IMG/VR virus record: IMGVR_UViG_3300033183_000491
Coordinates: 175,551-239,550 of that record
Strand: one strand, 5' to 3'
DNA length: 64,000 nt
Positions 38,725 to 48,403 of the stretch are shown here, piece after piece (position 1 is the first letter of the stretch; the number at the start of each line of letters is the position of its first letter). The notes under the pieces are model-generated. The model made no database searches, was not told where the DNA came from, and saw only the letters and a list, made by a program, of their open reading frames with translations. The translations under genes and the position numbers were made by a program.

Positions 38725-38817
38725 CAAAGTTTCTCTACGAATCATTATAAAACTTTTTATCTACTCTTCCGTAGATCTTATTCTAAAAAATATTCTCCCA
38801 AAAAGGACTCTCGCAAA

Positions 38818-39147
38818 ATGAGCATTCTAAATAACGAAGTTACAACTCTACGACAAATCAAAAACGGTACTAGAGCTTTCCACTGCCTTCGCACTAACTC
38901 AATCTACACGTCTCATTCAAACGGATATGTTCGAAGAGAAGTTAATGCTTATACAAAGCAAAGAAAACAATATCAGCTCAATCCTAAGAAAAGCATCAAA
39001 AGATTCTACACAGTAAACGAAACCACTCAAAGTTATAACACTACAACACGAATCATGGTTATGAATGAATCAGATCGATTGGCTATTATCGAAAGACTCG
39101 CTGAAAAATATGAAGGCTATCGTGGCAATTCAAGTTATAGAGGTTAA
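38818..39147 (+). CDS. Hypothetical protein, paralog of 51367..51762
   Basis: QIKNGT..F....IYTSHSNGYVRR. Confidence 0.65.
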   Translation: MSILNNEVTTLRQIKNGTRAFHCLRTNSIYTSHSNGYVRREVNAYTKQRKQYQLNPKKSIKRFYTVNETTQSYNTTTRIMVMNESDRLAIIERLAEKYEGYRGNSSYRG

Positions 39148-39434
39148 ACTCTTACTTGGTATGCATACCCTTTGGATCATATAGATTTTCATTACAAAGC
39201 TTTTTGACTGCTCGCCCGTAGATCTCGAGTCAATAAAAAAATATCTTAAATCTAAGACGAGACAGAGGCAAAATCGCGTCGCCTCTAGAGTAGTGTAAGA
39301 AAAGAATGACGAGAATGGCGTCAGTAATGTTTTTATTTGTAGTATGATAGTTTCCTTAGAAAACGTGAAAAGTTAAAAACTGGTGTATTTTAAGCCACTT
39401 GAGAAGTATATTTGAGAGAGGGAGAGAATAGAAG

Positions 39435-40061
39435 ATGTATATGAGGTGTGAAAACATGAATTTTACGCAGAAGATGTTTGACGAGTTAGATATATGTGAT
39501 TTGAATTATGCGAAGTTTATAGGTTGTGATTTTAAGGGATTGAAGATTGAGTTAGGAGATGTTTATTTATCTGCGATGACGTTTGAGAATTGTGATATGA
39601 GGGAGTGTGTATTGCAGATGAATGTGGCGAATTTATCGTTTAGTGGTTGTGATTTGAGTGGGAGTAGGTTTGAAGATTCTGGTGTGATGGTTATGTATTT
39701 TGAAGAAGCAAATTGTGAGGGAGTGGATTTTAGGGGGATAGATTATGATTTAGAAGAAGCTTTGGGAGAGTGTTTGAATGGATATAATCATGATCCGCGT
39801 GTGTTGTTTAATGGAGCGAATTTGAGGGGAGCGTTGTTTGATGGATTGAGATTGAATCATGGACAGTTTGAGGGAGCTGATTTGGAAGGGGCTAGTTTTA
39901 GGGGGTGTGATTTGAGTTCTGTTGAGCCTTTGGAGTATGAGCAAGAAAATACATATTTTGATTATTCTGCTGGCACAAGTTTTTTCTTTGCGAGTGTGAA
40001 GGGGGTGGATTTTGAGGGAGCAAATTTGGAGGGAGTGTTGGGATTGGAAGAAGAAATTTGA
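39435..40061 (+). CDS. Pentapeptide-repeat protein
   Basis: ANLRG/ALFDG/ADLEG/ASFRG/CDLSS repeats. Confidence 0.88.
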   Translation: MYMRCENMNFTQKMFDELDICDLNYAKFIGCDFKGLKIELGDVYLSAMTFENCDMRECVLQMNVANLSFSGCDLSGSRFEDSGVMVMYFEEANCEGVDFRGIDYDLEEALGECLNGYNHDPRVLFNGANLRGALFDGLRLNHGQFEGADLEGASFRGCDLSSVEPLEYEQENTYFDYSAGTSFFFASVKGVDFEGANLEGVLGLEEEI

Positions 40062-40148
40062 GTGTAAATAGGATTGGTTTGAGGGAATAATATATTATAA
40101 GGTTTATTTGATTATTTATTGATTTGTTTTGGATTGGGAGAGATCAGC

Positions 40149-40430
40149 ATGAAATATATTAAGAATCTAAGAAATATTGAAGTGGCTAAAACGTGGGGAA
40201 ACTTAAGTCCATCGCATATGTATGAAGAGTGTATCTCTTATGAGAATCATGAAGGAACATTTAAGGTATATTCAGATGGGACTGTTTATTCATATAGATT
40301 ATTGATTGGAGAAGTTAAAAACTCTGAATGGATAGTATATGATTATACAGCACCCGGAAAAAGGTTTTATTCTAATACAACTTCAAGACATGTCGGGTTA
40401 TTAAAAAAATGGGCATCAAGAATTGTTTAA
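40149..40430 (+). CDS. Hypothetical phage protein
   Basis: YSYRLLIG...YSNTTSRHV; start revised. Confidence 0.6.
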   Translation: MKYIKNLRNIEVAKTWGNLSPSHMYEECISYENHEGTFKVYSDGTVYSYRLLIGEVKNSEWIVYDYTAPGKRFYSNTTSRHVGLLKKWASRIV

Positions 40431-40501
40431 GTGTATATAATCTATAAATAAAGCATAATACTTCACAAGGTATATTTAAATAACTCGTCAAAAAGGAAAC
40501 A

Positions 40502-40714
40502 ATGAAAATGACCAAATATTTCTTGAGAGGATTAGATGATGACGTTGGAGCTCTTTCATTGGTGATGGGGACTCAAATGGCATGTGCTGGTTTGGTAATC
40601 CCGAGTGAGTTAGGGATGAATCCTAATTCTGTTTGGGTAGGGATATCATCATTAAGTTTGTTTGTATTGACTATTTATGTTATTGGCTTTATGGTAGAGA
40701 AGAAAAAGCTATGA
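40502..40714 (+). CDS. Membrane protein
   Basis: Hydrophobic segments; AAGGA SD. Confidence 0.55.
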   Translation: MKMTKYFLRGLDDDVGALSLVMGTQMACAGLVIPSELGMNPNSVWVGISSLSLFVLTIYVIGFMVEKKKL

Positions 40715-40959
40715 ATAAGGAAACGGTTATAATGAGAACAATGTTAGACAAGATTTTTAATATTGAAGTTGAAGGTGATATCTTAAAGAAGCTTCCAGCA
40801 TGTTTTAAGTATGATAATAAAAGATGGGATTATACTATTAAGTCTGAAGATAGAGATCATGCAAAATCTTTTGCTTTGAAACTTCAATCAACAAAAACTT
40901 TTGAAGTCATTTATCTTGAGAAGAGTGATTGTTGGCTAGTAAGATTTATTAGACATTAA
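40711..40959 (+). CDS. Hypothetical protein
   Basis: Coupled ATGA start. Confidence 0.55.
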   Translation: MNKETVIMRTMLDKIFNIEVEGDILKKLPACFKYDNKRWDYTIKSEDRDHAKSFALKLQSTKTFEVIYLEKSDCWLVRFIRH

Positions 40960-41029
40960 GATATAAATGTGTATTTAGAAAACTTTGGTATTATAATAAA
41001 CCATACCCCATATTAAAAAGGACTTTCCA

Positions 41030-41338
41030 ATGAAAAAATATTTTATCTCCCTCCTATTGTTAAGCCTCGCTTTCTCTGGATGTAATAATCATATTAATCT
41101 GGAAGAAAAAGAATCTGATTCACAAGATATTGATTATTATGCAATCTTTTGTAAGCATCCTCTTGGACACGTTATGAAACACATTGTGACTAAAAAGGAA
41201 TGGAAGATGTCATTTGGATGGAGATCAGGTGTTTACAATTTCAGAGATGTTCAAGGTGTTTATCATGAAAACAGAGGTCATTGTTACTCTAATGATAGAG
41301 ATATCTTTGATATAAATGGTAATCTTAAGTCTAAGTAA
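41030..41338 (+). CDS. Putative lipoprotein
   Basis: MKKYFISLLLLSLAFSGC lipobox; promoter 40969. Confidence 0.7.
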   Translation: MKKYFISLLLLSLAFSGCNNHINLEEKESDSQDIDYYAIFCKHPLGHVMKHIVTKKEWKMSFGWRSGVYNFRDVQGVYHENRGHCYSNDRDIFDINGNLKSK

Positions 41339-41362
41339 TAATAACATTTAAAGGAAATAATA

Positions 41363-41677
41363 ATGAACTCACTGTATAATATGGATAGTGATAATCTTTC
41401 AAATCTTATTAAGTCATCAACAAGTGGAAATAATCTTCTTGAGAATCTAAAGTCAACTCCACAATCTTTGGAGAGCAATTCAAATGTTTATAATCTAATT
41501 TGTAATATTGAAAAATATTTTGAAGAAACAAATTCTACAGTTTTGCAGATTCTAAGAAGTCATACAGGTGTAGATGAATTTGAAACATTTAGAGATATTA
41601 AAACTATTGAAGAAGTAAATGATCTTTTAGATCAAGGGTGCGAAGTTTATATGTTACCAAAGAACGATATTCTATGA
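41363..41677 (+). CDS. Hypothetical protein
   Basis: AAGGA SD. Confidence 0.6.
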   Translation: MNSLYNMDSDNLSNLIKSSTSGNNLLENLKSTPQSLESNSNVYNLICNIEKYFEETNSTVLQILRSHTGVDEFETFRDIKTIEEVNDLLDQGCEVYMLPKNDIL

Positions 41678-41687
41678 GGAGTTTATA

Positions 41688-41774
41688 ATGTCAAATGTCC
41701 CAACAAGCGATCTTATTTTCGGAAGTCTTCTTTGTATGTTTATGTTATGGTATCTTATTAGAGCTCTAGAGTAG
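41688..41774 (+). CDS. 28-aa TM peptide ending WYLIRALE
   Basis: GAGGAG SD; paralog of 37633..37725. Confidence 0.65.
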   Translation: MSNVPTSDLIFGSLLCMFMLWYLIRALE

Positions 41775-42055
41775 ATTTATGTCAAACATGTTTTTCTGTA
41801 TCTTAACTCTATGCCAGATAAGTTTTATATATGTTTTAATATCTTTTCCTGACATAGCGTTTAAAGCTTTTCTAATCTTATTGTGTACTTTCGCAATAAT
41901 AGTTGGAAGAGATTTATATCTATTTATTAATAATATTTTTAAATAGTAAAGATTGAAATGTTGTGGAATGAATATGTGTAAATAAAACATTCTTTGGATA
42001 TAATATTTCATAAGGTCCAATATTCATTTCGACTTTCCTTTTAAAGGATCAAACT

Positions 42056-42370
42056 ATGTACAAAACAACTTTAAAGCTAACATATGATTTCGGGATTCAT
42101 CTTAAGGATTTTTATGTCCCTGTTAAAGATGTTATGTTAGATGAGATTATTGATCTAGAAAATAAACTTAATGTTGATACATCTAATATTTCTGATGAGG
42201 CATTAAGTGAAATGCTTGTAGATTTTCTAAATCTTCCTAGGACATTTGATATCAGCATTGAAGATGAACATCTTCTTGAAGACTATCATTATATTTATGA
42301 CTTGTATTTAGGTAATGTTTGTAATGGGTTTGCTCCAAAATATGAAGATATGAACAAGGACATGTTATAA
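42056..42370 (+). CDS. Acidic hypothetical protein
   Basis: Promoter 41976, AAGGA SD. Confidence 0.65.
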   Translation: MYKTTLKLTYDFGIHLKDFYVPVKDVMLDEIIDLENKLNVDTSNISDEALSEMLVDFLNLPRTFDISIEDEHLLEDYHYIYDLYLGNVCNGFAPKYEDMNKDML

Positions 42371-42371
42371 A

Positions 42372-42758
42372 ATGAATAAAGAAACGAATATTATTATTAA
42401 GTTTGACACTAGTCCAAGTCCATGGAGTACTAATTACCAAGAGATAGAATTTTCTCGTGACAAAATAGAAACCATTGCTGATGAACTAATAAATGAATGT
42501 TCAGGTAAAGACTATACAGCATCTTATGCATATGGAAAACATGTATCTAAAGTTATTGAAATTCATTGGGATAATACATGTGGATCTGTTATACCTCTTT
42601 ATAAAGCACTAATTCAGGTTTTGAAAGAAAAGAGAGAACCTAAAGAGAATTGGTATGGAGGAGCAACATCAGCTATTAGATGTTTACAGACAAGAATAGC
42701 TTATGCTACACCCGGATTCGTGGAAGCAAAAAGATACAGAGAATTATATGGTGATTAA
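42372..42758 (+). CDS. Hypothetical protein
   Basis: Tightly packed ORF. Confidence 0.6.
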   Translation: MNKETNIIIKFDTSPSPWSTNYQEIEFSRDKIETIADELINECSGKDYTASYAYGKHVSKVIEIHWDNTCGSVIPLYKALIQVLKEKREPKENWYGGATSAIRCLQTRIAYATPGFVEAKRYRELYGD

Positions 42759-42759
42759 A

Positions 42760-43014
42760 ATGTATACGTTAAGTAAAGAACATTTAAACTTTATTGTAAG
42801 AGTTTCTATACTGTTATCTAATTCAAATAAGTTTAATAAGAACTGGAACTTTTCTGTTAGAAGATACTTAGATGGTTTCCAGTTTAATTGGACTTGTGGT
42901 AGACACAGTTTAATGTGGAGATCATCTGGATGGGATGAGGATCATTTAGAATATTATTCTGGAAGTGATACAACAGATATTATCTTGATAAGCGAGCTTG
43001 ATCATGTCAAATAA
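42760..43014 (+). CDS. Hypothetical protein
   Basis: Start revised to ATG after upstream stop. Confidence 0.55.
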   Translation: MYTLSKEHLNFIVRVSILLSNSNKFNKNWNFSVRRYLDGFQFNWTCGRHSLMWRSSGWDEDHLEYYSGSDTTDIILISELDHVK

Positions 43015-43201
43015 TTTAGTAATCTTATTTGTTAGTTTTTGGGGGTCATTGTTTTTTCTTTCTCTTGGTGTTATGAATAGCTTGATTGATGTTTCGAGAA
43101 CAGATATAATTGATGATTTTCTGATAGTTTTATTATGTATCTTTACTAGCTATGAATTAGCTAAAAGACTAGCTTTAAGATTAACGAAAGATGAATCATA
43201 A
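43004..43201 (+). CDS. Two-TM membrane protein
   Basis: Hydrophobic; coupled. Confidence 0.55.
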   Translation: MSNNLVILFVSFWGSLFFLSLGVMNSLIDVSRTDIIDDFLIVLLCIFTSYELAKRLALRLTKDES

Positions 43202-43297
43202 GTGTAATATTATTATTCTAATATTATAATAAATCATAAGGAATGATTAATAAAACATCCTTTAAAACAAGCAAAAATCTTTATCGGAGAACATATA

Positions 43298-43462
43298 ATG
43301 GAAACTATCATTATACCCCCAGAGTTTGTAATCTTATTTTTTATCCCAATTGCTGGTTTTTTCTATATTGCTAGTAAAACTTTAAAGTTCTGGCCTCCAT
43401 TTACTTTCTACATTGTAACACAAATCTTGTTAGCTACTTTTGCAAGGTATATGTTTGGCTAA
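43298..43462 (+). CDS. 54-aa membrane protein
   Basis: GGAGA SD; promoter 43202; coupled to next ORF (TAATG). Confidence 0.55.
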   Translation: METIIIPPEFVILFFIPIAGFFYIASKTLKFWPPFTFYIVTQILLATFARYMFG

Positions 43463-43644
43463 TGATTAAAGTTGGAGATCTTGTATTAAAAGACAATAAA
43501 GATATTTGGCTTATAATCTATGCATTTAACAAAGGAAATGAGTATATGTTTAAATATCTTAAGGATAACAAGGTAAATATTATTCATATAAGATCATCAA
43601 AAAACTTAAGTGAATATAAAGATATGAGAATTATTAATGTTTGA
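43462..43644 (+). CDS. Small SH3/KOW-like protein
   Basis: MIKVGDLV start. Confidence 0.5.
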   Translation: MIKVGDLVLKDNKDIWLIIYAFNKGNEYMFKYLKDNKVNIIHIRSSKNLSEYKDMRIINV

Positions 43645-44041
43645 CGATTTTGAAATAAGAGAACTAGGGTTCTCAGATGATGGAGAAGATATTATGACAA
43701 GAGAAAAATCTACTAAATTAATTTCACTTGTTCAAGAAGGTGTTCTTGACGCTGAGTCTGTATTACAGAATATGATTGATTGGTTATCTGAAAGAGATGT
43801 TGCTAATTTTTTCGAAGATGAATATAGCGAGTTTGACGAAGAAGATGAAGAAAGTGATTACTTTAGTTATACAGACTCGTCTATAGATGGTGTTTATATC
43901 GAACCTCCTCGTAATTATTGTCTTGAATGTGGAGATGATTACGAAGTATTTTCTCATACATGCGAAAATAACGAGAATGATTTACAAACTTTAGGTTGTA
44001 AAATCCATGATGATAAATGTGAATTCTGCGACAAAGATTGA
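43637..44041 (+). CDS. Very acidic protein with C-terminal Cys motifs
   Basis: EDEYSEFDEEDEESD; CLEC, HTC, CEFC. Confidence 0.65.
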   Translation: MFDDFEIRELGFSDDGEDIMTREKSTKLISLVQEGVLDAESVLQNMIDWLSERDVANFFEDEYSEFDEEDEESDYFSYTDSSIDGVYIEPPRNYCLECGDDYEVFSHTCENNENDLQTLGCKIHDDKCEFCDKD

Positions 44042-44123
44042 TAATGTGTAAATAAAACATTCTTTGGATATAATAAATCACAAGGTCCATCAAACAAACA
44101 CTCATTTCATTATAAGGACAAAA

Positions 44124-45296
44124 ATGAATATTTCAGATTATACAAAAGAGTTTTCTAATCTAACAAATCTGGTTTCAGAGATTACTTCAGTTATCAAGAC
44201 TCGCGAAGACAAAAGCAATTTATGGGCTTCTTTTAAAAGAGAAAACGAAGACAAAATTAAGAATCTCCTTGGGATTACTAATAATGATATTGATAACCCA
44301 TGTAATCTTATTAACTTTGATATTGATGACGACAAACAACTACTTCTTCTAAACTATACATCTCAAGCTCATAATGTTTTACATGCTTATGATGATGGTT
44401 GGTCTAACGAACTTAAGCTTTGTAGAGGATTGGTTTTTTCTTTTTCCGATGGCGTTTCATTAGTGAGCCGAGGATTCGAAAAGTTCTTTAATGCAAACGA
44501 GTTAAAAGAAAACACATATGAAAGTTTATTATCCAATCATGATAATAAAAAGACATATATTGCTTACGAAAAGGTTGATGGTCATATGATTGAATATTTT
44601 GAATATGATAATCAACTTTGTGCAACAACAAGAGGAAAGTTTAATACTAGTTCTTCGTTAGAGTCACTAAGTTTAATGTCATACAAAGAATGGAATTTAG
44701 CAAAAGGATATTATAAACTTTGTGGACATGACCTTATGTCTATTGTAACAGAGCTAGTAACACCTTCAACAGAAGTCCTGGTTAACTATGAAGGACAAGA
44801 GAGTATATATCTTCTATCAGCTTATGATAAATCAGGAAATAAAATAGATCAAACTTTACTTAAAAACTTAGTGTTCGTAATTAAAAATGCAAAGATACCT
44901 AAATCTAAAAGATTCACACTGTCAGGTATGTTCATAGAAGTTGCAAGAAGAGATATTGATAATAATGAAGGATGGGTTCTTAATTTAAATGGAACTCTAT
45001 TGAAATTCAAATACAATAACTATATTGGTCTTATGGTAAGTAAAAAGATATGTTATAAATACCTTATGCAACGAATATTAACTAATACAACTGAAAAGAT
45101 GTTCTCTACGCTTGATGATGACAACATGAAGATTGTTGATGTGTTAAAGAAAAATATCAACATTAAAGTTATTGAATGTAAAAAAGAAGAATCTTATAAA
45201 CCATTATATAGTCTTTGGTCAGATGAAGAAGGAAGTTTAAACTATTTCAGACTTGTATGTAGAAAATTTTACAAAGAGTTTATTTTATCTATTTGA
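44124..45296 (+). CDS. RNA ligase, T4 Rnl1-like
   Basis: CRGLVF, SRGFEKFFN, motif I EKVDG, ATTRG, EGWVL...KFK; start revised to ATG after AAGGA and promoter 44046. Confidence 0.85.
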   Translation: MNISDYTKEFSNLTNLVSEITSVIKTREDKSNLWASFKRENEDKIKNLLGITNNDIDNPCNLINFDIDDDKQLLLLNYTSQAHNVLHAYDDGWSNELKLCRGLVFSFSDGVSLVSRGFEKFFNANELKENTYESLLSNHDNKKTYIAYEKVDGHMIEYFEYDNQLCATTRGKFNTSSSLESLSLMSYKEWNLAKGYYKLCGHDLMSIVTELVTPSTEVLVNYEGQESIYLLSAYDKSGNKIDQTLLKNLVFVIKNAKIPKSKRFTLSGMFIEVARRDIDNNEGWVLNLNGTLLKFKYNNYIGLMVSKKICYKYLMQRILTNTTEKMFSTLDDDNMKIVDVLKKNINIKVIECKKEESYKPLYSLWSDEEGSLNYFRLVCRKFYKEFILSI

Positions 45297-45314
45297 TTAA
45301 AGGAAAACAATATA

Positions 45315-45470
45315 ATGTTAGTATCTAAAATTACTGCAGGTGATGTTTCTCGGATTACTAAATTAGACCCAGAAGACATTGGGAGATATGGAGTATGGCA
45401 TAAAGGTTTAATCATTTACGTTTCTAATAGTAAAGACAAATGTAATAAATTGATTAAAGAAATATCATAA
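45315..45470 (+). CDS. 51-aa hypothetical protein
   Basis: AAGGA SD. Confidence 0.5.
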   Translation: MLVSKITAGDVSRITKLDPEDIGRYGVWHKGLIIYVSNSKDKCNKLIKEIS

Positions 45471-45557
45471 AGATTAAAATGTGTATTTAATCAAAATTTG
45501 GTTTATAATAAATCATAAGGTCCCATAAATAAATCTTCATTCATAAGGATTCAAACA

Positions 45558-45728
45558 ATGGAAAATTTCCTAGCACCAAGTTTTTTCATCCCCACGTTTT
45601 TAAGCATTCTTATTTTAATGTTAGTTGTAACTATAATGTTTAACGGGAGAGTTACTTTATTAAAATCTTTTATTTATGCAGCATGTATTTATATGCTTTT
45701 CATCATTAATAGTATTCCACGACTTTAA
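45558..45728 (+). CDS. 56-aa two-TM protein
   Basis: Promoter 45481, AAGGA SD. Confidence 0.55.
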   Translation: MENFLAPSFFIPTFLSILILMLVVTIMFNGRVTLLKSFIYAACIYMLFIINSIPRL

Positions 45729-45746
45729 TATACAAGGGGTATTCAA

Positions 45747-46445
45747 ATGAACAAAGGATTCCAGTACGAGAATAAAATCTTAAATCTTATGAAATCTATT
45801 AATTTGGTTCCTGAAGAATTTGTTAATAGACAGCCTGCAGGTTCAGATAGTACACAACCTGACTTGATTTTAAATCTAAAAGGTAAAAATGTTAATGTTG
45901 AAATTAAAGAAAATATTCGAGCTCAAGCTGGTGGAACATCTATCAGGTATATAGATGGTAGTTTTTCTCTTGTCAAATCAAATGAAGATGTATGTGAAGA
46001 TGAAATATATAATGTCTTATACGAAAAGAAAAATCATATAGACAATCTTATTGAATTTCATAAATCATCAAGTATTCCTTTTGCAACTACAAAAGACTTA
46101 TGGATAAAGTCTGTGGAGAAAAACTTGTTGAAGAATATTAATACAAAGATTGAATCTAAATCTGAAGTTATTGAAAATCATTATGTTAATAAAGATACAT
46201 ACTATATCCACATTGGAGGAAAAGGTCTTTATTACATGAAAGATGATATTCTAAATCTAGGTGTTCCAAGGCTTAAATCTAAAGTTCGATTAGAAATAAG
46301 AGCTACAAGGAACGGGTCTAGATTGAACAAACAAGGTGTTAGGATATGTAATGCTACTCTTCGAATGCAATCAAGAATTCTAGAATTAGAAAAAAGTCCT
46401 TATTCTTTAGAAAACATTTCGTCTATTACAAGTTTAGCATCTTGA
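45747..46445 (+). CDS. PD-(D/E)XK restriction-endonuclease-like protein
   Basis: GFQYE(N)KI...QPDLIL...NVEIK. Confidence 0.72.
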   Translation: MNKGFQYENKILNLMKSINLVPEEFVNRQPAGSDSTQPDLILNLKGKNVNVEIKENIRAQAGGTSIRYIDGSFSLVKSNEDVCEDEIYNVLYEKKNHIDNLIEFHKSSSIPFATTKDLWIKSVEKNLLKNINTKIESKSEVIENHYVNKDTYYIHIGGKGLYYMKDDILNLGVPRLKSKVRLEIRATRNGSRLNKQGVRICNATLRMQSRILELEKSPYSLENISSITSLAS

Positions 46446-46544
46446 TCAAAAAGGTTAAGATTGATATTGTGTAAATAAAATATTTTTTACATATAATAAA
46501 CCACAAGGTTCAACAAATAAACATTCATTCAAAAAGGTTTTAAA

Positions 46545-47267
46545 ATGGATAATCATCAAGAAAACTTAAACTCAACTGATATTTTGGTTTCTTCTTTAAT
46601 CAATCACTTTAATGACAACAAACAAGGATTTACTTCTTATAGATTTCTTATTGACAAAATCTTGAAAGAAAACATTAAACCTTTGACAAAGGGAAAATCT
46701 AATATTAAAACAGACAGTGGATGGCGGTCTGACCTTATGGAAAGGTTTAGTGGAAGAGGAGCTAAATGGGTCTTTGTAAGCCTACAAGACATTGAACCTA
46801 CGTTAAAATCACTTGAAGATTCTGGTATTAATTGTGACTTCTATAGAAAACATATTAATATAATTGGAAAAGCTTGGATTAGATTTATTGGTCCTCGTAT
46901 TAATAATGGAGTTAACAGCGCCTCATTTGAGGTAAGAACAGAAGGTTCGACAATTATCAGTTCCAACCAAGTCCATTATATTCCAGTTGAATCATTAGAC
47001 GATACAATTGAAATGTTAAATACAACTCCTAAGTCACTTAAGCTAGAAGAAGATTCAGCTCCAATGCCTAAGACATCTAAACCAAAGAAAAAGTCTCCAA
47101 AACCAAAGAAACAAAATCTTTTAGAGACATTAGGAAATGAAATCAATGAAGAGCTTCAAGAAGTTGAATTAAATATTCCACCACAAAATGATGATCCGGA
47201 TGATTGGGAAGCCTTTCTCGCTTCTGAAGGTTTAATCGACGATGATTTTATGAATGATGATATCTAA
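46545..47267 (+). CDS. Early paralog family member 3
   Basis: FSGRGAKWVFVSL...GKAWIRF; Lys/Pro linker and acidic tail; promoter 46469. Confidence 0.8.
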   Translation: MDNHQENLNSTDILVSSLINHFNDNKQGFTSYRFLIDKILKENIKPLTKGKSNIKTDSGWRSDLMERFSGRGAKWVFVSLQDIEPTLKSLEDSGINCDFYRKHINIIGKAWIRFIGPRINNGVNSASFEVRTEGSTIISSNQVHYIPVESLDDTIEMLNTTPKSLKLEEDSAPMPKTSKPKKKSPKPKKQNLLETLGNEINEELQEVELNIPPQNDDPDDWEAFLASEGLIDDDFMNDDI

Positions 47268-47333
47268 TATACAATAACAATACTTGCATAGCATACATCT
47301 CGCATCGTCAAAATATTGTTATGCAAGTAATAT

Positions 47334-47406
47334 CCTCCTATAGCTCAGCGGTTAGAGCAGCACTCTTATAAGGTGAAGGTCCCCAGTTCAATCCTGGGTA
47401 GGAGGA
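47334..47406 (+). tRNA. tRNA-Ile(TAT)
   Basis: Acceptor CCTCCTA/TAGGAGG, D arm GCTC/GAGC, loop CTTATAA, TTCAATC T loop; no encoded CCA. Confidence 0.85.
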
Positions 47407-47440
47407 CTTTAACATTTTAAACTTATACAAGGATATTATC

Positions 47441-47635
47441 ATGACACACGCTACATACACAACCTTCAACAATCAGACTGATGTTTTCGTTTCATTCTCA
47501 GCAGTTTCTCATGTTATCAATGACAAAGAATCAGGATGTTGGATTTGGTTTCACAGTGGAAAATGCATTCATGTAACAGAGAGCATGTCTGAAGTTACTG
47601 ACGACATGGTAGATTATTTCTCAACTAGAAAGTAA
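47441..47635 (+). CDS. Hypothetical protein
   Basis: AAGGA SD. Confidence 0.6.
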   Translation: MTHATYTTFNNQTDVFVSFSAVSHVINDKESGCWIWFHSGKCIHVTESMSEVTDDMVDYFSTRK

Positions 47636-47639
47636 TTAA

Positions 47640-47945
47640 ATGAATCTAACGGTTAAAGAATCATTCTTATTAAGACAAGGATTTGGAAAAAGTAATATTT
47701 TCTTTCCTGAGAATTCTAGAATTAAGTTTATTAAAGAAACTTATAGTTTTTATCACTCTTATTATAAGTCGCACAGTTATAAAATTCTAATTCATTTTAA
47801 AACAATTCCGATTGAATTAGATCTTCAAAAGAAGACTGATAGGGAAACTTACGAAGTTATGAAATGTAATCTTATTCATAAAAACTTGAGTCAAATAACT
47901 TGGAATGATTTATTTAATGAGGAATGTCCATTAAGTGTAACTTAA
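47640..47945 (+). CDS. Hypothetical protein
   Basis: Packed ORF. Confidence 0.55.
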   Translation: MNLTVKESFLLRQGFGKSNIFFPENSRIKFIKETYSFYHSYYKSHSYKILIHFKTIPIELDLQKKTDRETYEVMKCNLIHKNLSQITWNDLFNEECPLSVT

Positions 47946-48005
47946 TAAAATTTGTATTATAATATTTAAAACATCATTCAATCATATATTCATAAGAGTT
48001 AAATC

Positions 48006-48170
48006 ATGAAAAATGAAGATATATCAAGTATACTATATCTTGTTACTTTTGTAACTTTAGTTTTTTCCTTAATTTATCTTATTACTTTGTTTCCAACATA
48101 TTTTTCAGGTTTTTTCTTTGGAATAGTATCATATTCTTTGCTTGATGCATTCAATAAAAAAGACTTGTAA
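48006..48170 (+). CDS. 54-aa membrane protein
   Basis: Promoter 47935; hydrophobic. Confidence 0.5.
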   Translation: MKNEDISSILYLVTFVTLVFSLIYLITLFPTYFSGFFFGIVSYSLLDAFNKKDL

Positions 48171-48196
48171 AAGATATTCTATTATAGGCGGTTATT

Positions 48197-48394
48197 ATGG
48201 AAAAATATTTTTCTTATGTAGGTACACATTCTCTTGAAGAAGCAAAACAGAATAATACTGTAAATATAATATTTCATTTGTCTTCAAGAGAAATTGCTAT
48301 TAAAAGATGTGATAGAACATGGAAAGACAAAGAATATTCTCTATATACCTTTGAAAACTTTCAAAACAACTCAACATTTACTAAGATTATATAA
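48197..48394 (+). CDS. Hypothetical protein
   Basis: Packed ORF. Confidence 0.55.
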   Translation: MEKYFSYVGTHSLEEAKQNNTVNIIFHLSSREIAIKRCDRTWKDKEYSLYTFENFQNNSTFTKII

Positions 48395-48403
48395 GGATTT
48401 TAT

